Shown here piece by piece: positions 1 through 39,245 of a stretch of DNA of 43,691 bases; positions within the stretch are counted from its first letter, which is position 1, and each line of letters begins with the position of its first letter. The position numbers and the translations under genes were made by a program. Under the pieces are notes generated by a model, which saw only the letters and a program-made list of their open reading frames with translations, was not told the origin of the DNA and did no database searches. Source of the DNA: Elusimicrobiota bacterium (lineage in GTDB: Bacteria; Elusimicrobiota; Elusimicrobia; UBA1565); contig JBDREN010000015.1 of assembly GCA_043819795.1 (NCBI GenBank), positions 1 through 43,691 on the forward strand. Reading direction: 5' to 3'.

Positions 1-1
1 T

Positions 2-30040
<30,039 letters not shown>

Positions 30041-30051
30041 GCGAACGGGAG

Positions 30052-30981
30052 ATGACGAAAGAGACGAGGATCGGACGAGGGACCTGCGGGGCGCTGGCGG
30101 CGGCCCTCACGCTCGCGGTCTGTCTCGCGGCGCAGGGAGCGGCGAAGCCCCGGCCCCTCACGCCCGAGCTCGTCGCGCCCGAGGCGGCCAAGAAGCTGAT
30201 GGGGAAGTGGAGCCGAAAGAAGCGGCCCACGCTCATCGACGTGCGGACCCGGCAGCAGTACGAGACGAAGCACATACCCGGCGCCTATTCCCTGCCGTAC
30301 GCCGATGTGGGAAGGCTCCAGCTGGAGAAGGACGACCATTTGATCCTGTATTGCTGGGGCGTCGGCTGCCGCCTGAGCGAGCACGCCGCCAAGAGGCTCC
30401 TGAAAATGGGCTATACGCGGGCTAAGGTCCTCGAGGGCGGCATGAAAGCCTGGATGGCGAGCGGCTTCAAGACCGAGTCGGGTTCCGGCCGAGAGCTCGC
30501 CCTTGCGCCGAAAGAAACCCCTCCCCGCCCGGAAATGATGGGGTCCAAGCCGCTCCTGCCGGTCTCATGGGAAGCGTTGAAGGCCCGGATAGACTCCGAG
30601 AAGGAGCCCGTGCTGGTGGACAGCCGCCCCCCCTCCGAGTACGCGGCGGGACACCTGCCGGGCGCGCTCAGCATGCCGCTCGAGAAGATGGACGCGCTGC
30701 TCGAGGACTTCAAGCCCGCGGGCGAGGTGGTGGTCTACGACCGGCAGGCGCGGCGGTCCCGGAGGGCGCGCTGGCTGATAGCCGGCAGGGTACTCGTGCC
30801 GGTCCGCGAGCTCGCCGGCGGGATCACCGCGTGGTCGATGAAGGGCTACCAGCTGGAAGTGGGGTGCTCCGACCCAAAGGGCGGGCCGGAGTCGGGTTGT
30901 GCCGGGGCCGAGACCGAGGCCGCTATCGAGGCCGAGGCCGAGGCGGAAAAAGATGAGGTCAAGACCGAGACGCGTGAATAG
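30052..30981 (+). CDS. Exported tandem rhodanese-like domain protein (309 aa)
   Basis: ATG 30052 lies 11 nt after the giant-gene stop and begins a signal-peptide-like N-terminus (MTKETRIGRGTCGALAAALTLAVCLAAQGA). Domain 1 reads IDVR...Y...HIPGA...LYCWGVGC...LEGG..AW and domain 2 reads VDSR...Y..GHLPGA...VYDRQARRS...LAGG..AW, followed by an acidic tail. The listed start at 29764 overlaps the giant gene and is rejected. Confidence 0.9.
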   Translation: MTKETRIGRGTCGALAAALTLAVCLAAQGAAKPRPLTPELVAPEAAKKLMGKWSRKKRPTLIDVRTRQQYETKHIPGAYSLPYADVGRLQLEKDDHLILYCWGVGCRLSEHAAKRLLKMGYTRAKVLEGGMKAWMASGFKTESGSGRELALAPKETPPRPEMMGSKPLLPVSWEALKARIDSEKEPVLVDSRPPSEYAAGHLPGALSMPLEKMDALLEDFKPAGEVVVYDRQARRSRRARWLIAGRVLVPVRELAGGITAWSMKGYQLEVGCSDPKGGPESGCAGAETEAAIEAEAEAEKDEVKTETRE

Positions 30982-33900
30982 GCTCTGGCCGGCGGCGTTG
31001 CTGGCGGTTCTGTTCTGCTGGCAGGCGCCGCGCGCGTCCGCCCAGGGAGCGGGCTGCGAGGTGGCCGTGCAGCTGGAGATCCCGCGCAAGACGACCCTCG
31101 AGCGCGAGGCGTTCGATGCCAGCCTGACGCTGGTCAACAGCCAGCCGAGCCTGGCGCTGGAATACCTGAAGGTGGACATCCGGATCAAGCATCTGACCGG
31201 CGGATCCGCGGACGACAAGTTCTTCATCAAGGTCACGCAGCTGCAGAACGTGAACGCGGCGGACGGGACCGGGACCGTGCAGCCGAGCACGCAGGCGGAC
31301 GTGCACTGGCTGATCATCCCCTCGACGGGAGCGGGCGGGACCAACCCGCTGGGGACGCACTACGCGGTGAACGCCCTGATCTCGTTCATCAACGCGGGCT
31401 CCCCGCGCACGGTGAAGACCTTCGACGCGTTCATCACGGTCAAGCCGCAGCCGGTCGTCCGGATGGAGTACATGCTCCCCTTCGAGGTGTTCGGCGACGA
31501 GCTCCTGACCGTCGACGCGGTGGAGGAAGTGGAGCCGTTCCTGATGGGCGTGCGGGTGACCAACGTGGGCTACGGGCCGGCGCATAACCTGGCCATAGAC
31601 TCGGGCCAGACCGGAGTGGTGGGCAACGAAAGCGGGATGGCCGTGGACATCAGGCTTCTGGGGACCTATCTGCAGAGCGAGGAGATATCCAACACGCTGC
31701 AAGTCCCGTTCGGCGACATCCCCGCCGGCGAGGCGAAGACGGCGGCGTGGCTGATGTCGAGCAACGTTTCGGGCCGCGTGGAGCGGTTCGAGGCCAGCTT
31801 CACGCACAGCGCGGAGCTGGGAGGGGAGCTGACGTCCCTGGTGCAGGGCGTGGAGACCTACACGCTGATCAAGGACGTCCTCGTGGACCTCCCGGGGCGC
31901 GACGACCAGTTCGACTTCCTGATCAACACCACCACCGCGCGCGGGGACATCCAGGCGCTCCTGGACGGCGGCGGGGTGCTGGAGCCGGACCTCATCCTGG
32001 AGGCGGACCAGCCCAACCCGGTGGCGGTGGCGAACCTCCCCTCCTCCCTCGAAGGGGAGCTGACCGGGACGAACCCGACCTTGACCCTGCGGGTGCAGGG
32101 AGTGGTTCCGATGTACGTCAACAAATACGTCCACACGGCGGTGCCCGCGCCGCTGAACGGGGCGGCGGAGCTCCTCTCGGTACGCCGCGACGACGGCAGG
32201 CAGCTCGACCCGCGCAACTTCTGGATCTCGAAGCATTTCAACATCTCGACGCTGCAATACAGCCATCACCTCCATATCCTGGACTTCACCTCGACTTCGG
32301 ACACATACCTCCTGAGCTTCGCGTCGGTCGGCGTGGACCTGCCCCCGGACGCGGTCGCGGACTTGGCCGCCCGGACGGGAGAAAGCGACGGCGAGCTCTT
32401 CCTCGATTGGACCGCGCCCGGCGAGGACGGTTCCGACGGGGACATCCTGGCCGGACAGATCCGCATCGAGCGCAGCTTGAACGCCGGCTTCGATCCGATA
32501 GGCGCCACGGTGGAGCTCGCGACGAACACTGCGGCCGGCGCTCCCCAGGAATACGCGCTCGCGGAGATCACGGGCAACGCCACCCATCATGTGCGCCTGT
32601 TCGTTGAGGACACGGGAGGCAACGCCTCCGAGGCGTCGAACATCGCCTCGGCCTACGCCCTCCCGAACCCGCCCGACGCCCTTGTGGCGGTGGCGAAGGG
32701 ACACGACAGCCTGACGGTCGGCTGGAACGGCGGGGACAACGGCGAGCCCATCGTGTCCGAGGTCTCCATCATGGCCGCCGCGGACGGCCCGGCGCTCGCC
32801 GCGAGCGGGCCCAAGGACTTCGCGAGCCTCCAGCACGCCTTCACGGGCCTTACCCCCAATACCGAGCACTTCTTCAAGGGCGCGTCGAGCAACCCGGACA
32901 CCGGCGTCAGCTCGTCGGAGGCCGGTCTGGGCTCTCTGGTCACGCTGGCCGCTCCGCCCGAGCCGGGCGCGCTCACGGACCCGACCGTGGAGAGCTTCCG
33001 CGCGTCGTGGGGAGCCGCCGGCAACCCGGCGGGTACCTGGTACGAGGCGCAGGCGTCGCTCTCGGAGCAGTTCACCTCGGTGGAGGTGGCGTCCGGGACC
33101 TACGAGGCGGGCGCGCTGTTCAGCGGGCTCACCCAGCGGACGACGTACTACGTGCGCGTGAAGGCCCGGAACAGCCTGGGCGAGGAGACGCCGTACACCT
33201 CGCTGGGCTACATCCTGACCAAGGACTTCGAGCCTCCGGCGCCCGGGGAGCCCGCGCTGGAGGCCACGGCCGCGGACACTCTGGTGGCGCGCTGGACGTC
33301 GAACGGAAACCTCCCCGGCGCTCTCTACCGGGCGGAGCTGTCCAAGTCCGAGGACTTCGCGACGGTGGAGCGCTCGAGCGAGACCCTCGACCTGAGCGCC
33401 TCCTTCGGAGGACTGGAAGTCAATACGCGCTATCACGCGCGCGTGTCGGTATATCTCGCCTCCATCTCGGAGTTCAGCGGGTTCACCTGGCTGGGCTCGA
33501 GCTACACGCTTCCCGCGCAGCCAGGCGTACGCGAGGACGGGACGACGTTCACGGACGTGACGCAGATGAGCTTCTGGATCCACTGGACTTCCGGCACCCC
33601 GTCGGAAGGCTACAACCCGCCGAATACCCAATACTGGATCGAGCTGTCCAGCACCACGGAGCCGTGGTGGGCGGGCGTCTCCTCGGGGACCTTTGAGCGG
33701 ACCCAAGGATTCTCGGGTCTGGACCCGCAGTGGACCTATTACGCACGCGTGAAGGCAGTGAACGGCGACGGGGTCTCCAGCGCCTACACGCCGTTGGGCG
33801 GCGCGCCTCCCACGGTCTCGATCCTGAACGACATCGGCGGCGCGTACCTGATCTCGCCGTCCACGACCATAGCGGTGTCCTTCAGCGGGGCGGGCGCGAG

Positions 33901-36900
33901 GGAATCGCTGGCCTTCACCCTCGACGACGAGGCGCTGCAGGCCGAGTTCCTCCAAGACGGCGCCAGCTACCTATTGAGCGGCCTGTTCGACGGAGAGCAT
34001 AGCATCAGGGTCGCGGTCGAGGACGAGACGGGCGCCACGGCGGAGGACTCGGCCGGATTCACCGTGGACACCGCCTCGCCGACGCTTACGGTGACGCAGC
34101 CCGCGGGCGGGTCCTACATCAGCGACCCGCGCCCCGAGGTACGCATCGATTTCTCCGACACAGACATCGTCACCGACACCTTCCATGCCGCGGTCGACGG
34201 CCAGGAGATCCCGGCGGAGATCATCGCGCTGGACCTCGCCGGCGCCTCGTTCACCGTGCCGTCCGACCTCGCTGACGGGGCTCACGCCATCACGGCAAGC
34301 ATGAAGGACACTGCCGGCAACGAGGGCTCGGTGAGCTCCGGGTTCACGGTGGACACGGCGCCGCCCGAGATCGCGGTGGCCGAGCCCGGCGACGGCGCCT
34401 ATGTGGGCACGGCCCGGCCCCCGGTGGCCATCGACTTCTCGGACCCGCACATCGTGACCGAGACCTTCCGGGCCGAGCTGGACGGAGAGACGATCCCGAT
34501 CGAGATGGTGCAGCTGGAGCTGACCGGGGCGTCGTTCATCCCCGCGCAGGAGCTCGCGGACGGGGAGCACACGCTCACCGCGTCGATCAAGGACCTGGCG
34601 GGCAACGAAGGCGCCGCGGGATCGAGCTTCCGGGTGGACACCACCGCGCCGCTCTTGTTCGTTTCGAGCCCGGCGCCGAACGCCAACGGGTGGCACAACC
34701 GGGACATCACCTTCCGCTACACGGCCGAGGACCCGCCGTCGGCCGACGGCCTGCCCGGCTCGGGACTGGACGCCGAGGCGAGCAAGCTCGACGCGGACGT
34801 GCTGACGGACGAGAGCCCCAATCTGACCGCCGAGGCGTTGGCCGTCGACAACGTAGGCAACAGGACCCCGTTCAGCGAGACGGGGATCAAGCTGGACAAG
34901 ACCCCTCCGGTCCTGACGATCACGAGCCCCGCGGGCGGGGAGTACGTGGCCACGCGCGACGAGATAGTGATCGACTTCACGGTGCTCGACAACTTCGACG
35001 CGGCTCCCGGACTCACCGCGCGACTCGAGCTCGTGGAGGAGAGAAACGGCGCCTCGGGCAAGCTGAGCGGGCCGGTGGAGGTGGAGTCCGGCCAGAAGCT
35101 CGAGCCCTTGGACCTGACGGCCGGGCTGTGGCGGCTCACCTTGAGCGCGACCGACCAGGCGGACAACCCGATGTACGCTGCCGGAGCCTCCTTCGAGATC
35201 ATCCACGACATCACGCCGCCCCGCACCAGTGTCGCGGTGGGATCGCCGCGCCACCCGCCGGTACCCGGGGAAGGCGAGCCCGATCCGGAGCTCGTGTACC
35301 TGACGGGGACCACCCCGGTCACGGCTTCCTCCATAGACGACCTGGTGGCGGCGGAAGATGCGACGGGCCTTGGCGTGGCCACGCAGACGGTGAAGGTGAA
35401 CGGCGATGACCCTCCGAGGTTCCTCTTCGAGAACCCGGAGCCCGCCATCGGCACGGCCTTCGAGAACACTTTCACGCTCGACGACCCGGACGGCGAGCTG
35501 ACCCTGCTGGCGGAAGCGAGGGACACGCTGGACAACCAGGAGACGGGCCAGGCCTTGAGCCTGCAGATAGACAACACGCCGCCGACCCTCAGCCACGCGT
35601 TCAGCGCCGCGCCGGTGGTGCGGGCTCCCAAGAACGAGGAATGGTTCGCGGCTGACTTCCAGATCATCTGGTCCGCGTACGACGGCACGGGCTCGGGCGT
35701 GGCCTCGGTGGACGCGGCGACGAAGGTGACGAAGGAAGAGCAAGGAGGGTCCTACACGGGCCGGGCGATCGACAACGTGGAGAACGAGGGATCGCTTACG
35801 GTGACGGTGAACCTGGACAAGACCGCGCCCGTGGTGGACGCGGGGCCGGACCTGACCGTGGAGGAAGGCTCGGAGCTCGCCTTCTCGGCTACGGTGACGG
35901 ACAACCTGGACGAGCAGGCGGTCTACGGCTGGACCTTCGGAGACGGCGAGACCGCGGGGCAGGAGCCGGCGCCGGCACACACCTACGCCGACGAAGGGAT
36001 CTATGAGGCGGCTGTGTCGGCCACCGATCACGCGGGCCACCCCTCGTCGGACTCGCTCATCGTGACCGTCACGAACGCCTCGCCGATCGTGACGGCCGGC
36101 GCGGACCAGATCGCGGAAGAAGGCAGCGAGGTCGGGATCAGCGCTACCTTCACGGACGCGGGCGTACTGGACACCCACACGGCCGAGGTGGATTGGGGCG
36201 ATGGGACCACATCACCGGCGGACCTGACTCAGGCGGAGGGTTCGGGCAGCCTAACGGCCCGGCACGTCTACGCCGATAACGACGTCTACACGGCAAAGAT
36301 CACCGTAACGGACAACGACGACGATTCCGGCGAGGCGACCCTGGAAGTCACGGTGACCAACGTCGAGCCCACGATCGCCGCCGGCGAGGCCCGGACCGTC
36401 AGCGAGGGCGCCGTCATCAGCCTGGCGCCCGCGGCCTTCAACGACAAGGGCACGCTCGACACCCATACGGCGACGATCGATTGGGGCGACGGGACCGCGG
36501 TCGAGGCCGGCGCGGTGACGGAATCGCCCTTCGGTCCGCCGGGCAGCGTGGCCGGCGTTGATGGCAGCATCGCCCTCGGCTCGCACGTCTACGCGGACAA
36601 CGGGCTCTACACCGCCGAGGTCTGCGTCACCGACGACGACAACGCGACTACCTGCGGCTCCTTCGCCGTCACGGTGACCAACGTCGCGCCCACGATCGCG
36701 GCCGGCGCGGACCAGACGGTCGACGAGGCCGCCACCATCGATCTCGACCCGGCGACCTTCAACGACAAGGGCACGCTCGACACCCATACCGCCACCGTCG
36801 ATTGGGGCGACGGCACGGCGATGGAGGCGGGGACGGTCAGCGAATCGCCGTTCGGTCCTCCAGGCGACACCGCGGGCCAGGACGGGACCATCGCGAACTC

Positions 36901-39106
36901 GCACGTCTACTCCGACAACGGGAGCTATACCGTCAGGGTATGCGTCAAAGACGACGACGCGCATGAGACCTGCGACCACTTCACCGCCACGGTGGAGAAC
37001 GCGGCGCCCACGGTGGCGGCGGGCGCGGACCAGACCGCGGCCGAGGGCGGCGTGATGCTCGTCGGAGGGATGTTTGACGTGCGGTTCTTCGAGGTCTACC
37101 TGCCCACCGACACCACCAAGCTCCACAGATTCCCGGCCGGACCACCGCCGCCCCTCTTCTACCCCGCGGCCACGTTCACCGACAACGGGGCGGATACGCA
37201 TACCGCGACGATCAACTGGGGCGACGGAACGTCGGATGCGGGCATCGTGAGCGAGACGCCCCCCGGCCCGCCCGGCTCGTCCGCCGGCGTGAGCGGCGAG
37301 GTATCGGGGAGCCATACCTACGGCGAGAACGGCGTCTTCATCCTTTCGGTGACGGTGACCGACGACGACGGCGCCGCGCACTCGGACAGCCTGGATGTGA
37401 CCGTCGACCGCGTGCCGCCTCTCACCGAGCCCTCATATCTTGGCAGCTACCTATTAGGGGCGGACCTTCCGGAGGGCGTACCTCAAGGCGTGGACGTGTT
37501 CCTGAGCACGGCCACCGAGATCGCGCTGATCGCCGAAGACGTCGAGTCCAACGGGATCGCGCTGGGCGTCGAGCGGACCTACTACCGCGACGGCACGACC
37601 GGGCCCTTCACGCTCTACACCGGGCCCTTCAGGCTCGCCGAGGGAGTCCACAGCGTCGAGTTCTTCAGCGTTGACGTGCGGGGCAACGAGGAGGAGCACA
37701 AGCAGGTCAGCTTGGCGGTGGACGGCACGACGCCGCAGACGACGCTGCACGTGGGCAAGCCGAGCAAGGAGGAGTTCGGCCAGATCTTCATAAGCCCCAG
37801 GACGCGGCTGGAGTTGAGCGCCTTCGACCCCGAATCCACGGCGGTGATGACGGGCCTCAAAGGGACGTACTACACCATAGACGACGGCGAGCCCATCCGG
37901 TACGACACAAACGTGGCGACCTCGGCCTTCACCGTGCAGGAAGGCACGCACACGGTGCGCTGCTGGAGCTTGGACAACGTGGACAACATCGAGGCCGTCC
38001 AGGCGCAGACCTTCAACGTCAGCAAGATCGTGAACCAGCGCCCCTCGGCCGGCGCGGGCAAGAAGAAGTCCATAGACTTCTCGGGCACGATGCGCTTCAC
38101 GGGCGACGTCTTGAGCAACGGAGCGCTGACGGTCTCCGGGAACGTGGTGGTGGACGGCGACACGTTCGCTCCCGAGATAACGGTCGACGGCAACAGCGTC
38201 ATCCTGGGCAGCCGGACGATCCAGGAGCAGCCGCTGTACCCCAATCCCTTCGACCTGGAGGCGATCAAGGCGGCCGTGGAGGCGAACGACCTGGCCAAGA
38301 GCACGATGAACCCGATCGCGGCCTACCTCAAAGACGGGGTGCTGGCGCTCAACGCGGGAGCGAGCCTGCGGCTGCCCTCCGGAGACTACCTGCTCAAGGA
38401 GATCCGCGTGACCGGCGACGCGGAGCTTCAGATCGAAGGAGACGTCGGGATATTGGTGGAAGGCCCGATCACGATCACGGGCGGGCTCGTGAACACGGAA
38501 TCCACGACGACCGCCCTGTCGCTGTTCTGCAACCAGGAGACGGACATCCGGCTCACCGGCGGCCGAACGGGGGCCTTCATCTACGCTCCGGACGCGACGA
38601 CCACGCTGAGCGGCAACGCGCAGTTCGGCGGGAAGATCTTCACCGGCCACATGGGCGGCCGGGGCACGTCGGTGGCGGTGTCGAGCGCGACCGTCCCCGG
38701 AGCCGAGCCGGAGGAGGAGCCCGAGGAGCCGAAGGGCAAGGGCAAGGGAGGCAAGACGGCCTCCGCCGGGGCCGCCTCCGGAGGCGCCGACCCGAGCTTC
38801 GTTCTTCGCGACCTCTACGTGTTCCCGAACCCCGCGGTAGGCGGGGCCGTGCCGACGATCCATGTCGCGGTCGGGATCGCGGACAAGGTGACGTTGCGGA
38901 TCTACAACATCGCGGGCCAGCAGGTGCATCAGGCGACGCTGGAGGGGACGCCGCCCGTCATCGACGACGGCAGCGGGCCCAAGTACGCCTACGAGTACGC
39001 GTGGGACGGCCGCATCCCGAGCGGGGTCTATCTATACACGATCGTCGCAGAGAAATCAGGCGAGGCCGGCATCCGGAAAGCCGGGAAGTTCGCGGTCGTG
39101 CGATAA
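30974..39106 (+). CDS. Large secreted surface protein (2,710 aa): N-terminal domain of unknown function, FN3 repeats, Ig-like repeats, five PKD-like domains, OmpL47-like beta-sandwiches, beta-helix-like region, C-terminal T9SS/FlgD-like sorting domain
   Basis: GTG 30974 gives the signal peptide MNRLWPAALLAVLFCWQAPRASA-Q and overlaps the rhodanese stop by 8 nt. FN3 motifs (W...GNP.GT.Y) at about 32335-33800, PKD motifs (WTFGDG, DTHTA.IDWGDG) at about 35820-37410; stop TAA 39104-39106. Confidence 0.93.
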   Translation: MNRLWPAALLAVLFCWQAPRASAQGAGCEVAVQLEIPRKTTLEREAFDASLTLVNSQPSLALEYLKVDIRIKHLTGGSADDKFFIKVTQLQNVNAADGTGTVQPSTQADVHWLIIPSTGAGGTNPLGTHYAVNALISFINAGSPRTVKTFDAFITVKPQPVVRMEYMLPFEVFGDELLTVDAVEEVEPFLMGVRVTNVGYGPAHNLAIDSGQTGVVGNESGMAVDIRLLGTYLQSEEISNTLQVPFGDIPAGEAKTAAWLMSSNVSGRVERFEASFTHSAELGGELTSLVQGVETYTLIKDVLVDLPGRDDQFDFLINTTTARGDIQALLDGGGVLEPDLILEADQPNPVAVANLPSSLEGELTGTNPTLTLRVQGVVPMYVNKYVHTAVPAPLNGAAELLSVRRDDGRQLDPRNFWISKHFNISTLQYSHHLHILDFTSTSDTYLLSFASVGVDLPPDAVADLAARTGESDGELFLDWTAPGEDGSDGDILAGQIRIERSLNAGFDPIGATVELATNTAAGAPQEYALAEITGNATHHVRLFVEDTGGNASEASNIASAYALPNPPDALVAVAKGHDSLTVGWNGGDNGEPIVSEVSIMAAADGPALAASGPKDFASLQHAFTGLTPNTEHFFKGASSNPDTGVSSSEAGLGSLVTLAAPPEPGALTDPTVESFRASWGAAGNPAGTWYEAQASLSEQFTSVEVASGTYEAGALFSGLTQRTTYYVRVKARNSLGEETPYTSLGYILTKDFEPPAPGEPALEATAADTLVARWTSNGNLPGALYRAELSKSEDFATVERSSETLDLSASFGGLEVNTRYHARVSVYLASISEFSGFTWLGSSYTLPAQPGVREDGTTFTDVTQMSFWIHWTSGTPSEGYNPPNTQYWIELSSTTEPWWAGVSSGTFERTQGFSGLDPQWTYYARVKAVNGDGVSSAYTPLGGAPPTVSILNDIGGAYLISPSTTIAVSFSGAGARESLAFTLDDEALQAEFLQDGASYLLSGLFDGEHSIRVAVEDETGATAEDSAGFTVDTASPTLTVTQPAGGSYISDPRPEVRIDFSDTDIVTDTFHAAVDGQEIPAEIIALDLAGASFTVPSDLADGAHAITASMKDTAGNEGSVSSGFTVDTAPPEIAVAEPGDGAYVGTARPPVAIDFSDPHIVTETFRAELDGETIPIEMVQLELTGASFIPAQELADGEHTLTASIKDLAGNEGAAGSSFRVDTTAPLLFVSSPAPNANGWHNRDITFRYTAEDPPSADGLPGSGLDAEASKLDADVLTDESPNLTAEALAVDNVGNRTPFSETGIKLDKTPPVLTITSPAGGEYVATRDEIVIDFTVLDNFDAAPGLTARLELVEERNGASGKLSGPVEVESGQKLEPLDLTAGLWRLTLSATDQADNPMYAAGASFEIIHDITPPRTSVAVGSPRHPPVPGEGEPDPELVYLTGTTPVTASSIDDLVAAEDATGLGVATQTVKVNGDDPPRFLFENPEPAIGTAFENTFTLDDPDGELTLLAEARDTLDNQETGQALSLQIDNTPPTLSHAFSAAPVVRAPKNEEWFAADFQIIWSAYDGTGSGVASVDAATKVTKEEQGGSYTGRAIDNVENEGSLTVTVNLDKTAPVVDAGPDLTVEEGSELAFSATVTDNLDEQAVYGWTFGDGETAGQEPAPAHTYADEGIYEAAVSATDHAGHPSSDSLIVTVTNASPIVTAGADQIAEEGSEVGISATFTDAGVLDTHTAEVDWGDGTTSPADLTQAEGSGSLTARHVYADNDVYTAKITVTDNDDDSGEATLEVTVTNVEPTIAAGEARTVSEGAVISLAPAAFNDKGTLDTHTATIDWGDGTAVEAGAVTESPFGPPGSVAGVDGSIALGSHVYADNGLYTAEVCVTDDDNATTCGSFAVTVTNVAPTIAAGADQTVDEAATIDLDPATFNDKGTLDTHTATVDWGDGTAMEAGTVSESPFGPPGDTAGQDGTIANSHVYSDNGSYTVRVCVKDDDAHETCDHFTATVENAAPTVAAGADQTAAEGGVMLVGGMFDVRFFEVYLPTDTTKLHRFPAGPPPPLFYPAATFTDNGADTHTATINWGDGTSDAGIVSETPPGPPGSSAGVSGEVSGSHTYGENGVFILSVTVTDDDGAAHSDSLDVTVDRVPPLTEPSYLGSYLLGADLPEGVPQGVDVFLSTATEIALIAEDVESNGIALGVERTYYRDGTTGPFTLYTGPFRLAEGVHSVEFFSVDVRGNEEEHKQVSLAVDGTTPQTTLHVGKPSKEEFGQIFISPRTRLELSAFDPESTAVMTGLKGTYYTIDDGEPIRYDTNVATSAFTVQEGTHTVRCWSLDNVDNIEAVQAQTFNVSKIVNQRPSAGAGKKKSIDFSGTMRFTGDVLSNGALTVSGNVVVDGDTFAPEITVDGNSVILGSRTIQEQPLYPNPFDLEAIKAAVEANDLAKSTMNPIAAYLKDGVLALNAGASLRLPSGDYLLKEIRVTGDAELQIEGDVGILVEGPITITGGLVNTESTTTALSLFCNQETDIRLTGGRTGAFIYAPDATTTLSGNAQFGGKIFTGHMGGRGTSVAVSSATVPGAEPEEEPEEPKGKGKGGKTASAGAASGGADPSFVLRDLYVFPNPAVGGAVPTIHVAVGIADKVTLRIYNIAGQQVHQATLEGTPPVIDDGSGPKYAYEYAWDGRIPSGVYLYTIVAEKSGEAGIRKAGKFAVVR
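36435..36789 (+). repeat. Recent tandem duplication of PKD-like domains (321-bp period)
   Basis: 34 identical bp ccttcaacgacaagggcacgctcgacacccatac at 36435-36468 and 36756-36789; both proteins share FNDKGTLDTHTAT.DWGDGTA.EAG.V.ESPFGPPG. Confidence 0.85.
38785..39106 (+). other. T9SS type-A/FlgD-like C-terminal sorting domain
   Basis: YVFPNP...VTLRIYNIAGQQV...WDG.IPSGVYLY.I......GKFAVVR* has the YPNP, IY...G, SGVY and terminal K-x-x-V-x-R hallmarks. It follows a charged linker EPEEEPEEPKGKGKGGK. Confidence 0.8.
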
Positions 39107-39195
39107 GGAAGGGAGCAAGTATCACCAGGCTTGTATCGCCGTAGCGCGAGACCTGGACGAATGACCGACGGCCGCGCAAAGAGCGGGATTTCAAA

Positions 39196-39219
39196 GCAGC
39201 GGCGCCTCGGCGCCGCTGC
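39196..39219 (+). terminator. GC-rich perfect hairpin; possible intrinsic terminator, attenuator or RNA-stabilising stem
   Basis: gcagcggcgcc-tc-ggcgccgctgc is an 11-bp perfect inverted repeat (10-bp stem with CUCG loop) followed by only a weak U-run (atgttgtt). Confidence 0.5.
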
Positions 39220-39230
39220 ATGTTGTTAAA

Positions 39231-39243
39231 GGGGAAGGAGGAG
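39231..39243 (+). promoter_or_regulatory. Shine-Dalgarno sequence of the fibre gene
   Basis: ggggaaggaggag immediately upstream of ATG 39246. Confidence 0.8.
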
Positions 39244-39245
39244 CT

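Noticed and set aside
30109..30123. Lipoprotein lipobox in the rhodanese (TLAVC)
   Set aside because: Val at -1 does not fit the usual G/A/S, and an AQG-A signal peptidase I site follows. SignalP would be needed to exclude it fully.
39160..39220. Faint resemblance to a c-di-GMP-I riboswitch (gcaaa...gggatttcaaagc)
   Set aside because: It lacks a properly placed GGCAAA lead-in, GNRA tetraloop/receptor and the GGACGCAAAGC core. An Rfam search would be needed to call it.
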